Positions 35,023-46,947 of a stretch of 64,000 nucleotides of DNA are shown here, one piece after another. Both the position numbers and the translations under genes were made by a program. The notes under the pieces were generated by a model that searched no databases, was not told the DNA's origin, and was given only the letters and a program-made list of their open reading frames with translations. How positions within the stretch are numbered: position 1 is the first letter of the stretch; each line of letters begins with the position of its first letter. The stretch is from assembly GCA_002269645.1 (NCBI GenBank), contig NIVC01001374.1, positions 186,001-250,000 of the forward strand. The letters run 5' to 3'. Source of the stretch: Macrostomum lignano (taxonomy: Eukaryota).

Positions 35023-36118
35023 AAGGTTGACAGATATTTTTAGATTTCCAAGGCTTATTGGGGGCATTGCTGAGATGTCAAGGGGGGAAGTTGATATGTT
35101 AAAGCTTGTGGGGGGGGGAATTACTGACATGTCAAGGCTTACAAGGTTTGACAGGAGATTTTTTAAGATTTCAAGGATACATGTAGCTTATTAAAAAAAC
35201 GTGTATTGCATTTCCTTGGCTCCCCAACGGGGGGCGTAGATTGCTAGTATAGTCTATTAGAAGAATCTCAGACACTATTAGGCGATTAGAGTCTATTAGG
35301 AGAATATCAGACACTATTAGGCGATTATATAGTCTATTAGGAGAATATCAAACACTATTAGGCGATTATATAGAGTCTATTAGGAGAATCTGGGACACTA
35401 TTAGGCGATTATATAGTCTATTAGGAGAATCTGGGACACTGTTAGGCGATTATATAGTCTATTAGGAGAATCTGGGACACTGTTAGGCGATTATATAGAG
35501 TCTATTAGGAGAATCTGGGACACTGTTAGGCGATTACAGTGATAACATTTTAGTATATAGGATGGTACCGTTGAAAAAAGTATAAGCCAGAAATAGGTAA
35601 TTCTTCACAATAAATAAGTTTAACCAACCCCCTTGCATTAACAGGAATGCGGAGAACAGAAAGTTGTGCCTGTCAATAATTACGAACAAAAAAATAATAA
35701 CTAAAATTGGACAAAATCGGTAAAATATGTTCTCTCTATTAAACAGCAGGCAATTAGTGAATCAAACAAGGTGAGCAAGAGAAGAGACAATTTTACTATC
35801 TAAAATAGATAAATCAGGCTAGTAATTACAGTTTTTAGAGCTAATTAACACGGAAAAAACAATATGGAATGCAACTCTTACGCATCCAAACCACAAATAT
35901 ACCATAATAACTGAATACGTCACTTGCAATTAGTTGTAGAAAAGCAGAACCTCTTTTAGGTTTCAGTAGTTTATATGCGCAGTGTCACTTGACTTTATTA
36001 TGGCAGCTAAAATTGCCTTCCCTTCCTCTGTCTGGGGTTTGCGGCCTCAGGAGCATAATGGGGTTAAGATCGAACAAGCATTTAACTCGATGTGCACAAG
36101 TGAACGCAAGACGGACAA

Positions 36119-36342
36119 AACTCAGCCTGGGGGGGCAGGCCCAATCTAGCTCAGCCAATGAGAGAGCAGTAAGGAGAGAGGTCAGCGTTAGACCGATGAA
36201 ACTCAGCCTAGGGGACAGGCCCAATCTAGCTCAGCCAATGAGAGAGCAGTAAGGAGAGAGGTCAGCGTTAGACCGATTAAACTCAGCCTAGGGGACAGGC
36301 TCAATCTAGCTCAGCCAATGAGAGAGCAGTAAGGAGAGAGTT
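36119..36342. repeat. 81-bp tandem repeat, ~2.7 copies
   Basis: ctcagcc.ggggacaggcccaatctagctcagccaatgagagagcagtaaggagagag recurs at 36121, 36202 and 36283. Confidence 0.9.
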
Positions 36343-37670
36343 CAAATGCAGACACAAGCGGGCAAGAGGAAAGCCCAGCTGTTTATCGACCTTGATGGGG
36401 GCTGGGCGCCCCCTCCCCTTTTTCTCTTTTGCTCGCTATGCACACGCACTGGATTTGGCTTCTTCAAGTTTTCCTGCAATCTTCAGTCTTGAATTGATTT
36501 CTTTTTAAGTAATTTCGTTTCTAAGGCCGTCGGGAGTCGGTAAAACAGAGTGACGATGCCAATTTAATGGTTTCGCTTGTAGAAAGCCAGAGGTGATTGT
36601 TGCAGTTTTCAAAAATTTAATATCTTTAAAAGCAAGACGCTAATTTTACCTGTGAAAAAGAGTACATGAGCGCTTTGTTGAAGAGCCGCTAATCAGTTTA
36701 TCAGTATTCCAGTATATCAGTGATACAGAAAGGGACATTGCAAATTATTATTATAAGATATTTATACTCCATCTGCATTATGTAATAACTAACCAAACAA
36801 CAATAACATTATCAGAGGAAAACACGCATGACGCACCATGAGCAGCTCATTTAGTGCATCTGAACTAAACAAGAACAACATAGGCAGGAAAAATTTATAG
36901 AATTTATCCAAGATTTTATATTGCAACGATAGTTTAAATATTCAAGGATCCCTTCTAGAAGGTTGCTAAATACATAGTTGTGAGTTGCACTACCGCAAGT
37001 CCAGGAGGAAATCAGTAAATAACAATACCGCTGGCTCCTGAGTGAGCACACACGCTCACACAGTGTGTACAGTGGTCCTTTGACTCTCTAATCATCAGAC
37101 ACGTGCACTCTCTAAAGGGGACTAAAGTCAGACACGTTAAATACTTTACAATTAACAAGAGTTTGAGTCGATGCTTGAATAGCCTACTCACAGCCTATCA
37201 GCAAATTCAAAGCGCAAATATTGCGACAATTGTATAAAACAGAAAGCCTCAAAAATGCACGCAGATTTAAAGATAAAAGAGCTCGGAACCCCAGAAACAA
37301 TAGGCCAAGACATGCAGTAAATACCGGTTAACAAGTTTTACACTGTACCATGATTTTGCCAGTTCAGAAAGAAAAAAACCGAAAATACAGACTCCCCTAG
37401 AGGCAAGATTTGTATACTATAATAACAAGAACCACTGATTGGTAAGAGAATGCGTAAGATTACCTGACATTCAATACAATGTTAATTTTCTGTTGACTCC
37501 TAAGCACATACAAGCGCGCCAAGACCATTTTGTCTGTAGCAGGTTAAGCAGAATTGACCGTGGTTAGTCACTATTTTATCTCAACTTAACTGAAGCCTTC
37601 AAAAAACTGTGCATTTAGCTCCCTAGCTACTAGTGGTTCTTGAAATATAATATTCAAAACACAAATCACC

Positions 37671-38699
37671 CTAGCAACAGGACCAGCCACTGCCAAGTGA
37701 CCGGCTATTAAGGTGAATTGCTGAAGTGTCGCCCTGACCGCCGGAGATGCCGCCATCGTGTCGGCGTTTCAGTTCAGCGGCCAACGTCTCGAATAGCTGA
37801 TCAATATTGGAGTTCTCCTTGGCCGAGGTCTCCAAGCAGGTCAGCATGGCCATCTTGGCCGCGAAATCAACTCCGTCAGTCACTCGAACTTCGCGCAGGT
37901 GTTCCAAATCTTTCTTGCACCCGATTAAAATCTGGCACACGCCGGAGCCGGCGTACCGACTGACGTCATCGATCCACGTGGTAAGGGAGTCGAATGATTC
38001 CTGGAAATCAGGTTAAGTGATGAGTGATGGCTGATGAGGTGATGGCTGATGAGGTGATGGCTGATGAGGTGATGGCTGATGAGGTGATAGCTGAGGGAGC
38101 GATAGCTGTGATGGCTGAGGGGTGATTGCTGAGGAGGTGATGGCTGATGAGGTGATGGCTGAGGAGGTGATGGCTGATGAGGTGATGGCTGAGGAGGTGA
38201 TGGCTGATGAGGTGATGGCTGAGGGGTGATGGCTGATGAGGTGATAGCTAAGAGGGTGATAGCCTCAGCCTCAGGTGATGGCTGAGGTGATGGCTGAGGT
38301 GATGGCTGAGGTGATGGCTGAGGTGATGGCTGGTGGGTGATATCTGAGGTGATGGCTGAGGGGATGATGGGTGAGAAGGGACAATATTGATAGCAAACAA
38401 CAAATTAGACATACCCGCTTGGTAATATTGTAAGCCAGTATGACAGCATTGGCGGATCTGTAATAGGACTGAGTGATAGTTCTGAACCTCTCTTGTCCAG
38501 CCGTGTCCCATACTTGCAGTTTAATCCTGGCACCATCAACAACCAGAGTCTTCATAGTGAAATCTACGCCAATAGTGCTGCTTTGCTTTTCTAGAAAATT
38601 TCCAGATTTGAAGCGTTGAACAACGCAGGATTTGCCAACACCGGCGTCGCCAATTAGCACTATTTTAAATAGAAAGTCAAACTGCTCGTCGGCCTCCAT
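37671..38699 (-). CDS. RAB43: Rab43/Rab19-like small GTPase, 204 aa, two exons (38699-38415, 38000-37671)
   Basis: [46 protein letters not shown] and C-terminal CC prenylation motif; phase-0 intron containing a 15-bp repeat (tgatggctgatgagg, ~38020-38375). Confidence 0.85.
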
Positions 38700-40458
38700 A
38701 ACAGATTGTCGCCGAGCATAAATAAGTTGTAAATTAAGACATGGAAATTCAGTACCTGCTAGGCCTGGTTACATCAGGGGTTAGCAAACATTTTACCTCA
38801 AGATCCAAACAAATAATCTAGCTCATGACTTTGAGCCAGATCAGAGATGAGAAGAGGGGAATAGACACGAAAGAGGGGGAGATAGATGAGAGATGAAAAG
38901 AGAGGTATAAGGAAAGAAAGGAGGAGAGAGCTAATAAGAGATAGAAGCCTTCACCTTGCATAGGCTGGATTGCAATAATAGTGAAGTTTTAAAGGACTAA
39001 AAGTTCAGATAGAGACTTTAAGGCTGCAGTTTGTTGAACCTTAGCTTATATACTACCTTTTAGCAACATTGATTGAGTTATAAGAAATGTACAAAAATAG
39101 AAGTTGCTTTACTAATCCCTTGGCTTTATAGACAATCATAGTATAAAAGAAATTTTACATCATCAAATATATTGATGAATGTTAATCTTAGCATTTTGAT
39201 ATATTTAGGTAATAGAAATTTATAATCTAAATGGGCATAAAATGATATGGCTTGGAATATTTATTTCTAATATAGTCTTTGACTATTAGCTAGGTAGGTA
39301 GACTCAGTCAATGGTTAGTCAATATAGGGCAGATGCAATAGACTCATAACTAAAGTAATCATGCAACTCAATTATCTATCTGGCAGCCAACCTATATATA
39401 CTAGCATAACCATTGTTTATTTTTTGCTTATTCACTTATTTATTAGTTGAAAATTAACAATTTATCTATTGAAATGTATCAATATTTTTATTAAATCAAT
39501 TATATAGTATTAAATATTAAAATAAATTGAAACCAGGAAATTCTACACAATAATAATTAAATGCTCTAAAAACAAAATATTGCCCAACTAGATAATAATA
39601 TATCTAAATATGAGCTTTTCTTTTATTTTCTTGTTTAATTTTTTTTGTAGTCAAAGTTTTATCAATATTTCTTATATGAATATGAATTTTCATGAATTTT
39701 ATGAATATATGAATTTTCAGGTTTAACATTAGTATACATAGTTGGTATACAAAAAGCTAAGTTCAGGCTTAGTGTATATAATAAGACAAATTATTTTTAG
39801 TATATAATATAGATTTGAAGTTAAGTATAATATAGAGTTTATAGTTGAATATCAACCAAAGAAAGCTCCTTTATAAAGATAGGAAACAAAACTAGAAATA
39901 ATAATGCTATGCTATTTACATGGAAAACCAACCAAAGTAAAACAAAGAATCATAGTTTTCAGCAAAAAATTGACATTTTAAATTTTCGTAAAATTATTTT
40001 ACTTGTAGGTCAGACTCACTCGGCGTATAGAGGGACATAGAGTACACCATTGGCGTACAACTTGGCATACAGGAGCCAGGTGTGCCTCTTGGCAGGTTGG
40101 CATATAGAGATCACCAAGACAGCAGGTGGTGAGATAGGACCAAAGTTCCAAGTCCCAATCAATTTACACAGTTAGCATACAAAATGATTAAGTTTGGTGT
40201 AGTCTCCATGTACATAGTTACAGCAGCTAAATTTTGATTAAAAAGAATAGCTCCCAGTTCCTAGTCATTTTGTCATCTGGGTATCTGGCTGGGGTGCTCA
40301 CCTCAACTATGGTCACTTTGTCATCTTAATTAACATGCACTACCTGAAGAGTCATTTTGTCATCTACCAATCATATTAGTTCCAACTTCAAGTGAATTAA
40401 TGTGGCAATCAAACATATTTACTTGGAATCCTAATGATCCCAGTCATTTTGTCATCTC

Positions 40459-40642
40459 CAAGGGCATAGCCAAGGGGGGTCATGGGGGTCATGACCCCCC
40501 CCCCCTAGCCAGCTGATCAAGGCCAAAATTTCAGGCCTCCTCCCCCATTGCAGAGGCCTAGCACCCCCTGCCCCCGGTTGCCGCTATGAGCCTGTGACTG
40601 ACTGTGACCCCCCCCCAGAAGGAAATCCTGGCTACGCTACTG
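40459..40642. mobile_element. hAT-family MITE (184 bp) with 8-bp TSD
   Basis: Termini caagggcatagccaagg ... cctggctacgctactg; perfect 8-bp flanking duplication gtcatctc (40451-40458, 40643-40650). Confidence 0.88.
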
Positions 40643-41755
40643 GTCATCTCAATTGATAAAACCTGTCAATCGATCGGTTCTACTTGCCACAGCTTATAGT
40701 TATTAAACAAAAAATAGTTTACATTAACTCGAATTACACACAGATTGATTGGTTGATGACGAAGTATCCAGCATAACTGCATATTTTGTTACTTCGTCAT
40801 ATTATTTTTCAAGCTACTTTGCTTCTGGTCACTTCATCATCCAATGGCAATATGACTAAATGGAATATGACAATCTGACCAGTGACCTAGCTCCCAGCCC
40901 TTTTGAAAAATGGAAAACTTAATTTATAATTGGAATCTAGTCATAGAAATAAAATGATGGTTGATGGGTGAGATGGGATTTAGTACAATAGTAGTATGGT
41001 AAAATTTTTAGCATCCTATATACTAAAAATAAGCCTAAAATCATAAAAAATTATATTGGATAGCATTACATGTAAAAGAATAATCTAATACACAAGGCTA
41101 TTAGGAAATCAAGATATTTAATACTGACAATCAATGCATGTACAGTAAAAGTAAGTAAGTAGTAGTAGTAGTAAATTTAGCTTAGGCTTAAGGTCAGTAA
41201 GGAGCCTGTTTTGCCAGTATAATCCGATGTATATAGTATTTGTTCAAAACAAAAGGTTAAATTTTTACACGAGTTACGATACGAGTTACAATATTTGTAA
41301 AAGTAAGGTATTTGAAAGAGCGTCTAGAATTTTTTAAAACGGTTTTCCAGCCGATTAACGAGTAACGAAGGAATAACAAGATTTGAAACAAGTATAGCGG
41401 CAACGTTTCAAATTTAAAGTTTCGTCATTGTTTCTAAGAATAATTACAAAGTCAAAAAATATTCAATATTAATATTTAGACTAACAAGTTACCTACTGCG
41501 ACATCAAATTTTAGATTATAAATAACATAAGATAGTCTCTGAGAAAATTTTGCGTAAATATTATAAGGACACAAAGGCATTTGTTTATTCTTGTATCACT
41601 AAAGTTACTTTAACTAGCACAAATTCAAGTTCGTTTAATTCTTTAGATATTTGAAAGCACTTTTTGTTCACTTTTGACGCTTGCTATAGAAGCTTTTTAA
41701 AGCTGTTTAATCATTTATTTTGAGTATATGATAATACGATAACCACAACCTCACA

Positions 41756-44700
41756 ATGGAAGCGTCAGCAAAAGCGAATATTTCAAAAATAGCGGAAGCT
41801 CTACATTCACAAACAAACTGTGAGTAACAATGCGAAAAAGATATAGAGTTGCAGTGGTCCCCTACTAAAACATGCAGGGGTCATTGACATTTCACGTAAA
41901 AATCAGAAAGCCGCAGAAATCAGATTGATCTTTCCCACTTCCCACGCAGCCAGACTGGCTTTCTGCTCGCTCGGACTACTTATTAAGTAGACGTAGATAT
42001 AAATTACACTTAATTAGGTCAAGTCCGTTGGCTCATGTAGGTCTATGATGTCACACATCATTAATTTCGAAGGGAAAGCATGATACAAATTAAATTGGTA
42101 CGAGCAGGAGTATCAAAAGCAGTACATCTCAGTCATTAGTAACGAGAGATCGCTGAAATTCCGCAGTTACTTTATTTTCAATCATGTCTGACCATCTGAC
42201 GATTCAGTTTTGTAAAAAATTAAGTGCCTACAATTTCAGTTACAAAAAAGGAATGCGAGCACCTCTTGAACATGTACAAAGACATTACTGGCGGTGCAGA
42301 TGATGCTAAACTAGACAGAAATAAGTTCAAGGACATCTTGCACAATTCGTTCGGCATGACAGACGATTTGATGATGGACCAAGGTAACAAACTTTTTTTA
42401 GAATTAATATATTTTTTTCAAAAATCATAATACATCAGACATTTACACGCGAAAATGATGCTTCAGTATTTCGAGCCTTCGACACAGACTCCGACTCCAA
42501 CATCAGTCAGGAAGAGTGGCTCAAAGGCATTTCAACGTTTCTCAGAGGCACATTGGAAGAGAAAACCAGTTGTACGTAAGAATTCCGCTTTTAGCCATGC
42601 AGTATGAGGTTATGATTACAAGTTCCCAGGATTTGCACCTAGCTATTTTGCCCCCCAATCATAACAAATTGACTATTTCTCGCGGTTTCAGTTGCATTCC
42701 GAGCGTACGATCTCAACTCGGATGGAGTCATCAGCAGGGACGAGATGTTTCAGCTGCTGAAGTCAACTCTGATTAGGGTGAGTAGCTATATTTAAACGAT
42801 TTTGGGTTTCAATTGTCGTCTGAATAGTAAAAATGTTCCTATTAACTCTTATGTTGAACATATTTAAATGCTTCTATCTACCCGAGATAAAATCTTTAAA
42901 CTTAGCGCAATAATCAACTTCAGCAAGAAGACGATCAGATATAGCTATTTATAAAATTGGCTCTGATTTTTTCACCCTGTGTTATTACCAAATCTATTCC
43001 TGTCGAAAGCCTAAATTACGATTTGCAATTTATAAATTTATACAATTATATTAACAAATCCTACCAAACCCACCTTAGGGAAGCCTGGACTACGTAAGTG
43101 CTGTCTCGTATTTGCTAGATAAAGTTCCAAACTTGCTGTAATTTTTTATGGTTCAACACACACGTCATACGCATGTCTGAATGCAGCAATTGCAAGATGT
43201 GAACAATTTGCACAATTTTGATAATAAATTAAACTTGCACTTGGAATCTCGTTTTCTTAGAAGTTTCATTCAATTCAATCCAGTTGTACTGCGCCTATGG
43301 CCTACTAATGATTTATTGTATTTGCTATGGGTCACTTTTTTGGCATTAAATTCCTAGACTCGTGAAAAATACTAATTATCATCGGCTATATTAGTCATTT
43401 TAATCGGCATGTTTGCTTGATAAAGTACTTTCCTTGCGCAATATTCTCCTGATATGAACGCGTTATGGACCTGAACATCGGCTGTTTAAACTGCAAAGTT
43501 AAATTCATTGAACTTGCACAAAAATAGCAAAAATTCACTGCCTGTCACAAAAAAATTTAAGAACTTCTTTTCAAATTGTTGCTAATGTTTCGAATAAATT
43601 TGAAGCAGATTCAGAATTCCATGTATGGTTTTAGACTGGAAACTTAAAGCAGAAATACCTGTTTAAACAGTGTATTAAAACAAAAACAAACTTTAAATTT
43701 CAGCAACCCGTGGAAGAGGATCCCGACGAGGGTGTCAGGGACCTGGTGGAGATTGTCTTCAAAAAGTTTGTGAGTAATTTTAGTAACGGAGCAAACAAAT
43801 AATAACAATAATTTTTATTAAAACTTAAGTCAGAAGTCGCATTCTAAAGCGACAATTTTCATTTGACGTTAGCGTAATTAATTGCGACTTCGTAGATGGG
43901 CGGAATCTATACGTATTTATTAAACAGATATATCCTTTATCTGTTTAGTAAAATTTAATGATATAGTAAATAATTCAAAGGAAATTTGACTAATCAAAAT
44001 TATGTAAGTCCATACAAGCACTCCTTTCTTTAGAGAAGATCTGTCTTTATATGTGACGTCTTTGCATTGCGCGGTCTTTTTACCATAGACATTCTCATTG
44101 GGCCATGAACCGCCTATCACGACCCTTAATTACAAGATTTAAAAAATTATTTAAGAAATCCAGCATTTAATTCAGGACCCTGCCAACATAGATGAACCTG
44201 GAATAACATGGATTGCTTATCTTAAATTTGGAATTGTCTATGGTCTAAGCCGTGTATTGGGAGAGCATTGAATTTAATGCTCTGCCTTTGCCTGTGCCAT
44301 TGACCATAGATAGTGTTTGACCATAGACGGTGATTTGACCATAGACGGTGTTTTGACCATAGACGGTGTTTTAACCATAGACAGGGTTTTAAGTTGACCA
44401 TAGATGGTGTTTTGACCATAGACGGTGTTTTGACCATAGACGGTGTTTTAACCATAGACAGGGTTTTAAGTTGACCATAGATGGTGTTTTGACCATAGAC
44501 GGTGTTTTGACCATAGACGGTGTTTTAACCATAGACAGGGTTTTAAGTTGACAATAGATGGTGTTTTGACCATAGATGGTGTTTTGACCAGAGACGGTGT
44601 TTTGACCATAGACGGTGTTTTTACTGTGCATGTAGGTAGATGAAAGTAATATGACTGGTAGTGGTCTTAAATGAATGCTCAAATTCTTAAATATATCAAG

Positions 44701-45111
44701 AAGCTTTCCTCAGTGTCGGTCTATATTCAATAGCTGGTATTTTGGCCATAGACGTGTTCCAACATCAGCTTCAAACACAATTCATGCATTCAACCCGCAG
44801 GACACGCAGAAGAAGGGTACCATTGACTATGCCCAGTTCAAGAGCAGCGTTGTTGATGAGCCACTCCTGTTGCAGGCTCTCGGTGCCTGCCTGCCGGACG
44901 AAAAGGTTTGAAAGGCTTAATATACTCCAGCATGACTACTTGACTGGGCGAACTCCAGTAGTCTAGACTGTTAAAGCATTATGCCCATTGTTACACGCTC
45001 GAACCTACATGTACTGCATTGCAGAGCGCAGACGCATTCTTGTGCACATTCGAGGAGGTCCACGTTCCAACGACGATCTCCTACATTCGCACGGGCGGTG
45101 GAAGGCAATAA
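41756..45111 (+). CDS. EFCAB1: Calaxin / EF-hand calcium-binding domain protein 1, 218 aa, seven exons (41756-41819, 42240-42383, 42467-42571, 42692-42777, 43704-43769, 44801-44905, 45025-45111)
   Basis: [71 protein letters not shown] and [14 protein letters not shown] match calaxin; all splice phases join in frame. Confidence 0.92.
44310..44622. repeat. 18-bp intronic minisatellite (ttgaccatagacggtgtt)
   Basis: Direct tandem periodicity. Confidence 0.92.
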
Positions 45112-45657
45112 CTAAAAAAGCGGATATGCCGTTTCAACCAATATAAAATGAGCAATCCAATGTCATGGACTCTAAAATTGATCGAATTTCCTCTGTTTTC
45201 CTTATTGAATCACTCGAGTACGTGAATTCTCCTGCAATAGATTTTCCTCTGAGCACTTTTATGAGTGTGAACTTTGACAAATTATCGAAACAAGATGTAT
45301 TTTAGATGTATACATCGCTTTGGACTGCTTTATAATTAAATATTTTCCAAAAGCCAATCAGTAGGCATTGATAAATTATTGTTTTTCTCGATACTGATTT
45401 GCGGATATCAGTTTACTTTCTTCTTTGTTGTTTGATACAGATGTATTCAGTATACCAGCCGTATGTACTTTTATCGGGACAATAAAGTCCAACATGTCTA
45501 TGGCTATACGAGCTATCGAGAAACAGGATGAACTATTTAATGATTACAATGAAAGTGTATAAATAAGTACTCGCAATTTAATGCAAACGCTATCAAACTA
45601 AAGACTTCAATATTGATCGAACTGAACACTGCCCAATCAAACGGTAGCTTAGCGACA

Positions 45658-46077
45658 ATGTCGGACTCGGAAAACTATATTTCAAAGCTCTGGATGCGAC
45701 TCTCCGAGCACGACAAAGACTTGCTGCGAAAATTTTTCAATGCTCACGTCAAGGAAATGCCCATCGACATACTGCTGTTGAGACAAAATCTCGCGTCAAT
45801 GCGACACGCTCTGAAGAGGTCGATTTCGCCTGACAGACTTCAGCACGGCATCCTCACTGTTCTGCTGCTCATCAACCTGATGTTCTTGCTCACTCTGGTG
45901 CTCTACTTTGCGTGCAGCAGGCAGGCCGGCAGGTCGACCGAACTATTCCCCTGCAATTGCGTCATCGAGGAGTCCAACGAGGGGGTCAGTCGTAAGCTGA
46001 AGGCCAAGCAGAAGAACAAAGATTATCATAACAACCTGCGGTTCACGAACGTCCCGACTAGTAACCAGAGGAAGTGA
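45658..46077 (+). CDS. Uncharacterised single-pass membrane protein, ~139 aa, intronless
   Basis: ATG at 45658; GC-rich coding-like ORF in AT-rich flanks; helical N-terminus, one hydrophobic segment (GILTVLLLINLMFLLTLVLYFAC), CNC motif and basic tail. Confidence 0.6.
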   Translation: MSDSENYISKLWMRLSEHDKDLLRKFFNAHVKEMPIDILLLRQNLASMRHALKRSISPDRLQHGILTVLLLINLMFLLTLVLYFACSRQAGRSTELFPCNCVIEESNEGVSRKLKAKQKNKDYHNNLRFTNVPTSNQRK

Positions 46078-46317
46078 TTTTTGCTGTATTCGATGGCAAT
46101 TAATTAATTATTACTATGCGTTGACGTCATAATCAACATTTACTCGAATTCTATTGCATGTCTCAATAATCAATAATAGGTGTACAGATTAAAAATAAAA
46201 TTCCCAAGCATGTATTTTGGCTGCTGTGCTACACAAGACATTGGTTTATACGAGGTAATGAAGGAGAAGTTAACATTTCGTATTGAAGTATCGGTGAATT
46301 TCACGGCTCTGACTAGA

Positions 46318-46600
46318 AGGGGTTGTAGTCTAGTGGTTAGAGCGTCGGATTCACAACTGGAACGCCCGGGGTTCGATTCTCGACCCACTCAGACACAATT
46401 TGTGTCCTTGAGCAAGACACTTAACTCTGCATTGCTGCAGTTCACCCAGCTGTAAAATGGGTGCCAGCATTAATTAGCTGGGGTAATTAAGGGTGTGGCG
46501 ACCCCCCAGTCCTTGGACTGAACAGCCGTACGCAGCTTTCAGATGCGCCGCGCAATAGCTGCGGCTGAGCTGTCGGTTGCACATCTGGCCATTAGGGCTG
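46318..46600 (+). mobile_element. tRNA-derived SINE with CORE/Deu-like central domain
   Basis: A box (tagtctagtgg) and B box (ggttcgattct), then gtgtccttgagcaagacacttaactc...cagttcacccagctgtaaaatggg; copies at 11745-11975 and 47405-47680. Confidence 0.85.
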
Positions 46601-46947
46601 GTGTAATCAATTGTTTACATTGATTCATAGGCTCGCACTTTCTCATTCTAGTTGGTAGGTACAAATGTCCTTGAGTTGGTACTTGCGACAGGTTTAAATC
46701 ATATCGCACTAATCCCAACCGCCTTTTTCGCTATTAAGTCGGGGAAATTTTTCCCTGCAGTCAAAAGTCTACTCACTCTCAACTACATGTAGCTTTGCGT
46801 GAAATTGTAGATAGAAGCCGGTTCAACAAGAGGGACTTCAGAGCGCATAGATAATATGGAAAAGTTGATGCTACAGCATTTACTTTGCTTCCCTTTTGCC
46901 GAGCCATGCGAGCCTGCAGAACCTCCAGCATCTTCAGGGGGTGTCAG

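Larger units (their letters stand above)
30171..35562. mobile_element. Putative DINE-1/Helentron-like non-autonomous element with a greatly expanded internal tandem array
   Basis: 15-bp inverted repeats tcctatatactaaaa (30171-30185) and ttttagtatatagga (35548-35562). The 5' end is followed by tgtc/(tatc)n microsatellite and ggctggaccgatttt, typical of DINE-type 5' ends. A third copy of the terminus is at 41013-41030. Confidence 0.45.

Noticed and set aside
40015-40160. Possible minus-strand exon ending at a GTGAGT donor
   Set aside because: No recognisable product or partner exon; at most a UTR exon or repeat fragment.
46318-46395. tRNA gene candidate
   Set aside because: Has A/B boxes but no closing acceptor stem, and continues into a multi-copy SINE body.
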